DNA of 35,579 nt, taken from contig SBBH01000113.1 in the NCBI GenBank assembly GCA_005239795.1, positions 1 to 35,579 on the forward strand. Direction: 5' to 3'. The DNA comes from Planctomycetales bacterium. GTDB taxonomy: Bacteria > Planctomycetota > SBBH01. The first letter of the stretch is position 1; every line of letters starts with the position of its first letter. Both the position numbers and the translations under genes were made by a program. The notes below the pieces were generated by a model that was not told the origin of the DNA, ran no database searches, and saw only the letters and a program-made list of their open reading frames with translations. This document shows positions 1-7,282 of this stretch, in pieces.

Positions 1-107
1 CCCCTGTAAAGCGAAACGATGAAGACCACCGAGGCGGCCGCCCACAGAAGAGCGGCCCACCCCGGCCAGGGAGACAGGAATTCGAGCGCTCCGACGACCG
101 CGATCAC
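1..107 (-). CDS. Partial CDS (N-terminus only, runs off left edge): predicted membrane protein, last visible gene of the MoxR/vWA operon
   Basis: GTG at 107..105 overlaps the TGA (106..104) of the upstream gene (GTGA coupling). The frame stays open to base 1. My translation MIAVVGALEFLSPWPGWAALLWAAASVVFIVSLYR.. is hydrophobic and TM-like. Absent from the ORF track because no stop lies in the window. Confidence 0.35.
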   Translation of the reverse strand, partial: MIAVVGALEFLSPWPGWAALLWAAASVVFIVSLYR

Positions 108-2287
108 AGCGTCCCTCCCTTGCCGCGGCCGTGAACGGGCCGCCCGGCCCGCCAGGCCAGATACGACTCCACATAGAGAAAAGCCAGGATCAGAAAAAGG
201 AGCGATTGCGACAGGTCCGCCCCGCGGGCTTTTTCCGCGGAGATCCCCCAAGATCTCCCTGTCTCAAGGGGGAGGCCTGGAAGAAGCGCCTCGAGTTCGG
301 ACGTTTTCAGGCGCGTCAAATCCGATTCCCCCGGCGGCAATCCCACCGCGATCGGTATCTCCTCTCTCTCCCCCTGGAGTGCAAGCCGCCAGAGCCCCGA
401 CCGGTCCAAGGGGCCCGTAGCGACCTCCCACCCCGGCTGGGGCCCCTTTGCCTCCTCCTGGACAGGCGTCAGCTCGTAGCGCTCTCCCGCGGGGGAGACG
501 AGATTCGCACGACGCCCCACCGATTCCACAGGGATCTCCCAACGCAGAGACTCACCCCAGGCGAGATTCGCTCGGCTCTCGCTAGGCAGGGTAAGCTCCC
601 GGACGAGTTGATGAACCCAGGGAAGGAAAACCGGACGCGCGGGAAGATTCGTCCAGGAGGACGACACTCCCCCTCCCCAGACGAGCGCCGTCCCACGCCC
701 GACATCCCTGGCGACGAGGGCCGGCCCGGCGCCGTCAAAAGCCAGGAGAACACGGGCAAACGGCCCCTCCCCCTCCAGAACCCACCGGCGCCAGGCGGCC
801 ACCCTTCCCAAGTCGCCGCGCGCGACAGGGAAAGGGGCCAGGAACAACCCGGCGGCAGGTCCCGGAATGAGACGGAGCGGTCCTCCTGTTTCCCTCTCGA
901 CTTCCCTGGCCTCGATACGCGCCAGACGCGCCGGCAGGATTCCCGCCCCTGCCCGGTAGAGCTCGGCGTTGTAGAAATCGGCGTCGACCGAGCCCGCCGG
1001 AAAGAAGGCGACCCCTTTGCCACGACGCACGTACCGCTCCAGCGCCTCGACAGCCCTCTTGTCCAAGATCGGCACGTCCGCCAGAAGCAGGGCATCGAAC
1101 ACTGGCTCTCCCCGGCTGTTTTCGAGAGTGTCGGCAAGATCCCTCGCCAAGAGGGGGATTGCCTGAAAAGAGGTGAGGCCCGGCGCAGGAGACAAGGCAC
1201 ATTCGAGAAAGGATGTGGGCCGGGCGAGATCGGACGCGGCCTCCGGATTGTAGACGCACCCGATCCGGACCGAATCCTTCGCCGGGACGACCGCCGCGAG
1301 GCGATTGTCTCCTTCTAGAGGATCGGCCGGGACCGTCGCCATGACCTCGTGGAAACCGGGGCCGTCGAAGACGAGCGTCGCGTCGCAGGACACCGCCCCA
1401 TGCGGCGGGGGCGCGACCAGGCGGCTCTCCTTCTTAGTGCCGTCCACCCAGAAGGTCACGGGGACTTCCTGGGCGGAATCGGAAATCCCGCCGGAGCGAA
1501 AAATCGTCGCGCGCACCACCGCGGGGCGCCCCGGGGCGACCGGACCGTTGACAACCGCGAGCCCTGTGAGGCCGATGTTCGACGGCTGCCCGGCGCCGAC
1601 ATCTACGAAACCCACCGTTCCCTTTTCTTGAATCCTGCGGGCGAAATCGTTCCAGGCGCGCTCATTCCCATCCCCGAACGACCGCCTCTGCATGTCGGTG
1701 GCCACGAGAAAACGGACCTGGGGAAGCGAGAGCGTCTCGCATGCTTCCCATCCGGAAAAGAGCGCCGCCAGGAGGTCGGCGGGCCCCTCCGCCAGTTCCA
1801 TTTTTTCCACCTCTGCGGCCGCCTCAGGCATGTCCCCCGTGAAAGAGATCGCGCGGCCGGCCACGGGCGGCGCCGAAAGGACGAGAACCCGGTCCCCCGG
1901 AGAGAGGCTCCTGATCCAGGCGGCGGCTTCGCTCCGGAGGCGCTCCCAGAGGGGCGTCCCCTGCTCGCGGTATCCCAGGCTCATCGAGCGATCGAGCACC
2001 AGGACGAAATTCTGCGGGGCGCGCGCGAGGGCCGCGGCCACCTCCGACGAAAGATAGGGGCGCGCGAACGCCAGGGCCAGAAGCGCCAGCAGGAGCATCC
2101 GCACCGCCATCAGGAGAATTTGCGTCAGGCGGCGCCGGCTGGCGCTTCTCTCAACCGCCTCCTTCAGGAAACGCATCGCGGCCCAACGGAGGGTCACGTA
2201 GCGCCGGCGAAAAAAAAGATGAAGGACCACCGGGATGGCGACGGCCCCGAGCCCCCACAGCCATCCCGGATTTATAAAAAAGTTCAT
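104..2287 (-). CDS. BatA-like protein: N-terminal double-transmembrane region, von Willebrand factor A domain and a long C-terminal extension
   Basis: N-terminus MNFFINPGWLWGLGAVAIPVVLHLFFRRR, then a second TM (ILLMAVRMLLLALLALAFARP). MIDAS-like DRSMS follows the FVLVLD strand. ATG 2287 overlaps the MoxR stop (ATGA). Confidence 0.85.
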   Translation of the reverse strand: MNFFINPGWLWGLGAVAIPVVLHLFFRRRYVTLRWAAMRFLKEAVERSASRRRLTQILLMAVRMLLLALLALAFARPYLSSEVAAALARAPQNFVLVLDRSMSLGYREQGTPLWERLRSEAAAWIRSLSPGDRVLVLSAPPVAGRAISFTGDMPEAAAEVEKMELAEGPADLLAALFSGWEACETLSLPQVRFLVATDMQRRSFGDGNERAWNDFARRIQEKGTVGFVDVGAGQPSNIGLTGLAVVNGPVAPGRPAVVRATIFRSGGISDSAQEVPVTFWVDGTKKESRLVAPPPHGAVSCDATLVFDGPGFHEVMATVPADPLEGDNRLAAVVPAKDSVRIGCVYNPEAASDLARPTSFLECALSPAPGLTSFQAIPLLARDLADTLENSRGEPVFDALLLADVPILDKRAVEALERYVRRGKGVAFFPAGSVDADFYNAELYRAGAGILPARLARIEAREVERETGGPLRLIPGPAAGLFLAPFPVARGDLGRVAAWRRWVLEGEGPFARVLLAFDGAGPALVARDVGRGTALVWGGGVSSSWTNLPARPVFLPWVHQLVRELTLPSESRANLAWGESLRWEIPVESVGRRANLVSPAGERYELTPVQEEAKGPQPGWEVATGPLDRSGLWRLALQGEREEIPIAVGLPPGESDLTRLKTSELEALLPGLPLETGRSWGISAEKARGADLSQSLLFLILAFLYVESYLAWRAGRPVHGRGKGGTL

Positions 2288-3324
2288 GCCAAGAGCCCCG
2301 CGAGCGCCGGGTGCTCCTCGATGGACCCCTGCACGAACGGAGACTGCGCCAGCACCCTGTCGATCACGGCGTCGGCGTCAAACCCCTCGGCGCGCGCCGA
2401 CCAGCGCAGGATGATCCGATGGCGCAGGACCGCCCGCGCGGCATCCGCGACATCTCCCGCAGAGGTGAAGCCGCGTCCGGAAAGAACCGCGCGGGCCTGA
2501 GCCGCCAGAAGCAAATCCCGCGCCGCCCGGGGGCTCGCCCCGCAGGCGATCGTGCGCTCCGTCAGCGCGGGGGCGGCACGGTCCTGGGGGCGCGTGGCGC
2601 GCACGACACGACAGACCGCGTCCAGGACATACAGCGGGATGGGAAGATCCCTCAGGGCTTCTCGCGCGCGGCAGACCGCCTCCCGGGATACAAGCGACGG
2701 CCGAGACTCTAACGGCCCGGTCCACCGGGCGATCTGGCGCTCCTCTTCCTCCTTGGGATAGTCGATCTCGATCTTCATCAGGAAACGGTCACACTGGGCG
2801 GCCGGGAGCGGGTAGGTCCCCTCCTGCTCGATCGGGTTCTCGGTCGCCAGCACGATGAACGGATCCGGGAGGGGGTAGGTCACTCCCCCCACCGTGACTT
2901 GGCGCTCTTCCATCGCCTCCAAGAGCGCCGCCTGGGTCTTCGGGGGGGCCCGGTTGATCTCGTCGGCCAAGACCAGGTTAGCAAAGAGCGGCCCCGGCAT
3001 GAATTTCTCACGCCGGTCCCCCGTGGCGGGATCCCCCAGGATCACCTCGGTCCCCACCAGATCGCTCGGCAGAAGATCCGGCGTGAACTGGATCCGCCGG
3101 AACGAAAGCGACATTGCCTGCGCGACCGTTCTGGCCAAGAGGGTCTTCCCGAGCCCCGGCACTCCCTCGATCAGGGCATGTCCCCCGCAGAGGATGCATG
3201 CCAGAAGCTCCTCCACGGCCCCGCTCTGCCCGACGATCGCGCGGGCGATCTCCTGGCGCAACGCCAAAGCCGCCCGGCGGGCCGCCTCGAAAGGATCTTC
3301 CTCGACAGGATCGCGCACCGTCAT
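2284..3324 (-). CDS. moxR: MoxR-family AAA+ ATPase
   Basis: Walker A GVPGLGKT; Walker B and sensor region VLADEINRAPPKTQAALLEAMEE. The ORF-track start 3477 is trimmed to ATG 3324 (MTVRDPVEE..), which forms an ATGA overlap with the upstream stop at 3321-3323. Confidence 0.9.
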   Translation of the reverse strand: MTVRDPVEEDPFEAARRAALALRQEIARAIVGQSGAVEELLACILCGGHALIEGVPGLGKTLLARTVAQAMSLSFRRIQFTPDLLPSDLVGTEVILGDPATGDRREKFMPGPLFANLVLADEINRAPPKTQAALLEAMEERQVTVGGVTYPLPDPFIVLATENPIEQEGTYPLPAAQCDRFLMKIEIDYPKEEEERQIARWTGPLESRPSLVSREAVCRAREALRDLPIPLYVLDAVCRVVRATRPQDRAAPALTERTIACGASPRAARDLLLAAQARAVLSGRGFTSAGDVADAARAVLRHRIILRWSARAEGFDADAVIDRVLAQSPFVQGSIEEHPALAGLLA

Positions 3325-4421
3325 CGCTGGAAGATCGGAAGGTACCGATAGGGGATCTGCAGAATTAGACACGCTATCGACGTGGCATAAACGGGGTCGA
3401 CGGCATCGGCCCAGGCTCCGTCGGGGCGCTGGAGGATGACGATCTCGTCCCGGGTTCTGGCAAACCATCGCTCCCAACGCTCCCCGCCGGCCTGGAACAT
3501 CGCCTGGGCTGCGTAATAATTGCCGTAGAAATAGTCGAACCGGACGGTGGAGCCCGGCCGCGGGCCGCCGCGGCCCCAGGGGGCGATCTCCGCGCGGTTC
3601 TGGGGGCGCTCCAGGAACGCCAGCCCTTGGTCCAGGATCGGATCATGGTAGATCCCCAAGCCGTAGAGGGCCGTCAGCCCCGCCGCCGTGAGGGAATAGG
3701 TCACGCGGTTGTGGCTCGACTCGGCATGTGCCGGCTGGTACTTGAACCCCCCCGAGAGCCACGGCTCCCCCGGCATCTGCTTCACATGGCTTCGCCGGAT
3801 GTAATCCAAGGCGCGCTGGATCGTTTCGGCGGGGACGTGCAGGCCGTTGTTGCGCGCGACCCGGAGGGCCTGCACGACGCAGACCGTGACGGAGATGTCC
3901 GAATCCCGGTCCATCGGGAGGTAGCGCCATCCCCCTTCCTCGTTCTGCGAACGCACAAGGAGATTCACGACGGCTTTCAGCTTCTCCCGGACCTCGGGAT
4001 TCTCCGATTCTCCGTAGAGCTCCCCCAGGAAAAGCGCCGCGAACGAACAGCTGTACATCCGCGTGTTGGGGCTTCCGATCCATCCGTCGGGGCCGGCGCA
4101 GGACAGGACGTACGCGAGCCCCTTTTCGACGACAGAGCCGTAGCGCCCGCGTCCGGGCGTGTTCCCCCCGGCCAGGAACGCCAGGCATGCGACCGAGGTA
4201 ATCCCCACATGGGGCCCGCTCCACTGAACCGAATAGCTGTCCCCGACTTTCGCCCCCACAGAGGCCGACCAGGAGCCATCCAGGTTCTGGAGACGCGCCA
4301 GGATTTGAAGCCCCTTGTCCACGGCTTCCCGGGACGCGCTCGTCATCTCCTCCGCGGAGGCCCCAGCTGGAAAACCCGTGAGCGCCGCATAAACAGAAAT
4401 CCCAGAAAGAAATCGTTTCAT
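3321..4421 (-). CDS. Exported prenyltransferase/squalene-cyclase-like (alpha/alpha toroid repeat) protein
   Basis: Repeated Q-x2-(D/E)G-x-W motifs (QNLDGSWSA, QNEEGGWRY, QRPDGAWAD). Signal-peptide-like MKRFLSGISVYAALTGFPAGASA from the ATG at 4421, which overlaps the upstream stop (ATGA). The ORF-track start 4523 is a GTG extension. Confidence 0.7.
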   Translation of the reverse strand: MKRFLSGISVYAALTGFPAGASAEEMTSASREAVDKGLQILARLQNLDGSWSASVGAKVGDSYSVQWSGPHVGITSVACLAFLAGGNTPGRGRYGSVVEKGLAYVLSCAGPDGWIGSPNTRMYSCSFAALFLGELYGESENPEVREKLKAVVNLLVRSQNEEGGWRYLPMDRDSDISVTVCVVQALRVARNNGLHVPAETIQRALDYIRRSHVKQMPGEPWLSGGFKYQPAHAESSHNRVTYSLTAAGLTALYGLGIYHDPILDQGLAFLERPQNRAEIAPWGRGGPRPGSTVRFDYFYGNYYAAQAMFQAGGERWERWFARTRDEIVILQRPDGAWADAVDPVYATSIACLILQIPYRYLPIFQR

Positions 4422-6523
4422 TTCGCCAGCTCCTCGACCGCTTCGACCATTTTCCAGGCGGCCGCGCTGCGAAAAGAGAGCACGACGCCGCCACGCCCCT
4501 CCACGGCAACGGGGCCGACGCACGGGAGGTCCTCCGCGAGGCAGACGATCCGTCCCGTGGCCGCGTCAAGCCCCGTCAGGCGCCCGTCGGCTAAAAAATA
4601 GAACCGGCCGGCGCTGGCTGAACCGGGATGGACACAGCGGGCCCGCAGGACCGAACGCCACCGGACCCGGCCGTCGGCGAGCGCCAGCCCCACCGCGTCG
4701 TCGCGGCCGACGACGCAGAGGGTTTCCGTAAGCGGATCCGCGAGAAAAAACGAAGCCCGCCGCCCCTCGTAGCGCCACAGCATCCGGCCCGTCGCGGCAT
4801 CGAGGACATAAAGATAGCGCGAATCGGTCGGCGCCACCACGAGGCGCGGCCCCACCACGGCGGGAGGGAGCGCCTTCCAATCCGACAGGCGCGGCTCGAT
4901 GTTGTACATTCGCGTCTCCTGGTTCTCCTGGGGGATCTGGTCGTACTGGAAAAGCCAGAGGGGTGCCCCCTTTTCCGGATCGAGCGCCGCCACGACACCG
5001 AGGTTAGTCGAGACGAAAAGCCTCCCCGCGTCCAGAACCGGCGTAGAGGCAACCGATTCCCGGATCGGACGCCCGAAATAATTCATCTCCTGCTGGCCGG
5101 AACAGAGGAAGGTGCGCCAGAGGGGCTTGCCGTCGACGGCCGAAAAGGCGGCGATGTGGGAGGCGAAGAGCCCCTTAAAAGTCATCGCCGGCGCGTACAC
5201 GACGCCGCCCGATACCAGGGGGATGGCCGGGAAGGAAAATTCTTCCGAGAACGGCGCGCCGGCCCTGGCGGCCGCCTCCTTGGCCCGCCAAAGCACCTTG
5301 GCATTTTTGAGGTCCCAGCAAAAAAGATCCTGCGTGGGAAGCGATACCATGGCGGCGATACGCGAATCAAAACTCGGCCGGACGTCCGGAAGATTTCCCC
5401 AGGCGCGCGCACCGTCGCAGGCCGTCCCGTGCAAGACCTGGGGACCATAGCCAATGCCGTAAGAGGCGGGCGCAGGAAGGCTCTGCGCGAGAAGCTTCCC
5501 GGTGGCTCGATCGAAAACTGTCAGGCGGCAGCCGTCTGACAGGAGGAGGCGCTCTCCGGCGAGACAGGGAAGCATCGGAGCCGGGAGCATCAGCTCCTGT
5601 TCGAAAAGGGGATCTCTGCGAGCCGGGGAGATCTCCTCGAACCGCCCTTCCCAGAGGGTTTCAACGGAGAGGACCGGACGCTGGGGAATGCTCTCGGCCG
5701 CTTCCCTCAGGATCCGTTTTTCGATCTCCTCGGCCCGTTTTTTCCAGGCCCCGGCGCCCTGGGTTCCCTCCCCATCCGCCTCGGAGCGCTCGCGTTCACC
5801 GCGGATCCAACGGAGCCACGGCAGATTCCCCGCGCGAGCCGCCTCCTCGAGAAAGGCGGTCCAGGCTGCCTCGTCCATGATGCCAGCGAGGCCCGTTCCC
5901 GCCGCCGCCTCCGAGAGCTCCCGCGCCGCCGTGGCAAAATCTCCTTCGGAAAGCGCGATCTTGACGAGCGCCGCGCGGGCCGCCTGCCCAGCCGGCGCGG
6001 CCTCATACCGGCGCGCCACCTCGCGCAACCTCCCGGCGTCGCGGCGCTTCACCGCCTCTTGAAAAAGCTTGCGCGCCGCGGCCTCATTCTGGGACGCGTA
6101 GACCTGTACCAGCGGTTCAGGCCCTTCCCGGATCATCCGCTGGGCGAGGCTCCGGGCGCTCGGCACGACCCGCGGGTCTTTTTCGGGGTCGGGATCAGCC
6201 GCAAGCGGCGCGTCCTTGCGGTCGCATAGTTTCTGCAGGATCGCTGCCGCCAGACGCCAGTCGGCCGCGCCAATCGCGCTCTGGGCCTCCTTCAGGGACT
6301 CCTCGGCCGCGCGATCCCGTGCGAGGATCAGGGTGTCCCCCCAACTCCGGAGGCCTTCCCCCCCCGTGTCAGCCACGGTGTCGCGGAGCTCTCGCAAGCG
6401 CGCCTGTTCCTCCGCCAGGAGATCCTCCCATGAGGGGCGCGCAACCGGATCGCCTTCTTCCTCGGCGCGGGCGCACGTCGATCCCGCGAGCAAGGCGAAA
6501 AACAGCGTCAGGAGGATCCTCAT
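4418..6523 (-). CDS. Exported protein: N-terminal helical region plus PQQ-like beta-propeller repeats
   Basis: Signal peptide MRILLTLFFALLAGSTCARA. C-terminal half has recurring propeller-blade motifs (VFDRATGKLL, AFSAVDGKPLWRT, VAALDPEKGAPLWLF, LYVLDAATGRMLWRY, LTGLDAATGRIV). ATG 6523 overlaps a TGA at 6522..6520. Confidence 0.7.
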   Translation of the reverse strand: MRILLTLFFALLAGSTCARAEEEGDPVARPSWEDLLAEEQARLRELRDTVADTGGEGLRSWGDTLILARDRAAEESLKEAQSAIGAADWRLAAAILQKLCDRKDAPLAADPDPEKDPRVVPSARSLAQRMIREGPEPLVQVYASQNEAAARKLFQEAVKRRDAGRLREVARRYEAAPAGQAARAALVKIALSEGDFATAARELSEAAAGTGLAGIMDEAAWTAFLEEAARAGNLPWLRWIRGERERSEADGEGTQGAGAWKKRAEEIEKRILREAAESIPQRPVLSVETLWEGRFEEISPARRDPLFEQELMLPAPMLPCLAGERLLLSDGCRLTVFDRATGKLLAQSLPAPASYGIGYGPQVLHGTACDGARAWGNLPDVRPSFDSRIAAMVSLPTQDLFCWDLKNAKVLWRAKEAAARAGAPFSEEFSFPAIPLVSGGVVYAPAMTFKGLFASHIAAFSAVDGKPLWRTFLCSGQQEMNYFGRPIRESVASTPVLDAGRLFVSTNLGVVAALDPEKGAPLWLFQYDQIPQENQETRMYNIEPRLSDWKALPPAVVGPRLVVAPTDSRYLYVLDAATGRMLWRYEGRRASFFLADPLTETLCVVGRDDAVGLALADGRVRWRSVLRARCVHPGSASAGRFYFLADGRLTGLDAATGRIVCLAEDLPCVGPVAVEGRGGVVLSFRSAAAWKMVEAVEELAK

Positions 6524-6912
6524 TTCTTGTCCAGTTCCTTCTCTGCCTCCTCCTGGACCCGTTTGTAGTACTCGCGCGTCAACCCCTCGTAGGCGGGGAC
6601 AAACTCCTCCTGCGTGGCGCTGGTCATCTCGTCCCGGAACTTGTCGGGCAGGTTTCCCCAGGGGCGCGACGTCCCGCCGGCCGACCGGAGTTTCTCTAAG
6701 AAGCGGTGTCGGTATTCGGCGCTATAGATGTCCCGGGCCGGATCGCTCGCCGGCGCATTCTGGGGCTTTTCGCCCGTTTTTTGAGGATCTTCCCCGTGCT
6801 GCGGGACGGGGTTAGAGGCCTGTTTTTGAGACTCAGAACCGGAGCCGCTTTCCGAAGATTCCTGTTTCTGTGTCGGATCCCCGCCGGGGATCGGGACCGG
6901 CGTGCTATTCGG
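6520..6912 (-). other. Start-less 130-codon ORF in the same frame as 6913..7260, separated from it only by TGA 6913-6915; conserved-looking C-terminal domain
   Basis: My codon-by-codon translation of 6912..6523 has no stop and no ATG/GTG/TTG until MTSATQ (35 aa from the end): PNSTPVPIPGGDPTQKQESSESGSGSESQKQASNPVPQHGEDPQKTGEKPQNAPASDPARDIYSAEYRHRFLEKLRSAGGTSRPWGNLPDKFRDEMTSATQEEFVPAYEGLTREYYKRVQEEAEKELDKK. Its TGA overlaps the ATG of the next gene (ATGA), as real genes of this operon do. Not in the ORF track. Confidence 0.55.
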
Positions 6913-7260
6913 TCACCCTTTCTGCAGCTTCAAGACGAGCCGAGCCAAGTCCTCCTCAATCTCCTTCTGACGCGTCTGGATCCCTTTGAAAAGCTGCGGC
7001 GCGCCGGCGTTTCCTTCTTCCGGCCTCTTTTTCGCGGTCTCCTGGAGCCATGTCTGGGCCGACTCCTCGACGCGGCTCATCTTGCGCAAGGCCTTCCGAA
7101 GGCTCTCAGCGGGGGTTTCCCCCTCATCCTTGGCGAACGGCTCTTCTTCAGCAACAGCGCCCGTGAAAGCCAACAACGCAACAATGGCACTGCACGAAAT
7201 GCGAAATGCGAAATGCGAAATGCGCCGGCGAGACCATGCGTCCTCTTGCGCATGACGCAT
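6913..7260 (-). CDS. Small exported coiled-coil protein (possibly the N-terminal part of a longer protein continuing through TGA 6913-6915)
   Basis: ORF track 6913..7305. I prefer ATG 7260 (MRHAQEDAWSRRRISHFAFRISCSAIVALLAFTGAVA/EEE, signal-peptide-like), which avoids a 23-nt overlap with the upstream gene. The N-terminal codons are encoded by heptad repeats. Confidence 0.5.
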   Translation of the reverse strand: MRHAQEDAWSRRRISHFAFRISCSAIVALLAFTGAVAEEEPFAKDEGETPAESLRKALRKMSRVEESAQTWLQETAKKRPEEGNAGAPQLFKGIQTRQKEIEEDLARLVLKLQKG

Positions 7261-7278
7261 GACGCATGACGCATGACG
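7196..7278. repeat. Heptad array pair: GAAATGC x4 (7196-7223), 27-nt spacer, CATGACG x4 (7251-7278)
   Basis: Read directly; both arrays are perfect 4-unit tandem repeats. The arms are only about 5/7 complementary per unit. The pair lies between the stop at 7283 and the signal-peptide region of the next gene. Confidence 0.85.
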
Positions 7279-7282
7279 GTTT

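Noticed and set aside
131-2500. Long plus-strand ORFs (131..1318, 1349..2500) and similar ones elsewhere (8684..9766, 32280..33494, 33445..34476, 27405..28433, 3627..4601)
   Set aside because: They lie antisense to, or out of frame with, genes that have clear motifs. They are rich in R/P/G/A, as expected for shadow ORFs in high-GC DNA, and show no recognisable domains.
2284-3477. N-terminal extensions of ORF-track calls (2284..3477, 3321..4523, 14986..15939, 16832..18106, 19979..21301, 21538..24258, 31915..33189, 33436..35457)
   Set aside because: The extensions overlap neighbouring genes or are encoded by repeats. Internal starts give signal peptides, canonical N-termini or ATGA/GTGA coupling with the upstream stop.
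6913-6915. Selenocysteine at the in-frame TGA
   Set aside because: The context (..LQKG-TGA-PNST..) has no redox motif or partner Cys. The downstream hairpin has a 3-5 nt loop unlike the SECIS apical loop as I recall it. No sel genes are seen here. Readthrough or a pseudogene is more plausible.
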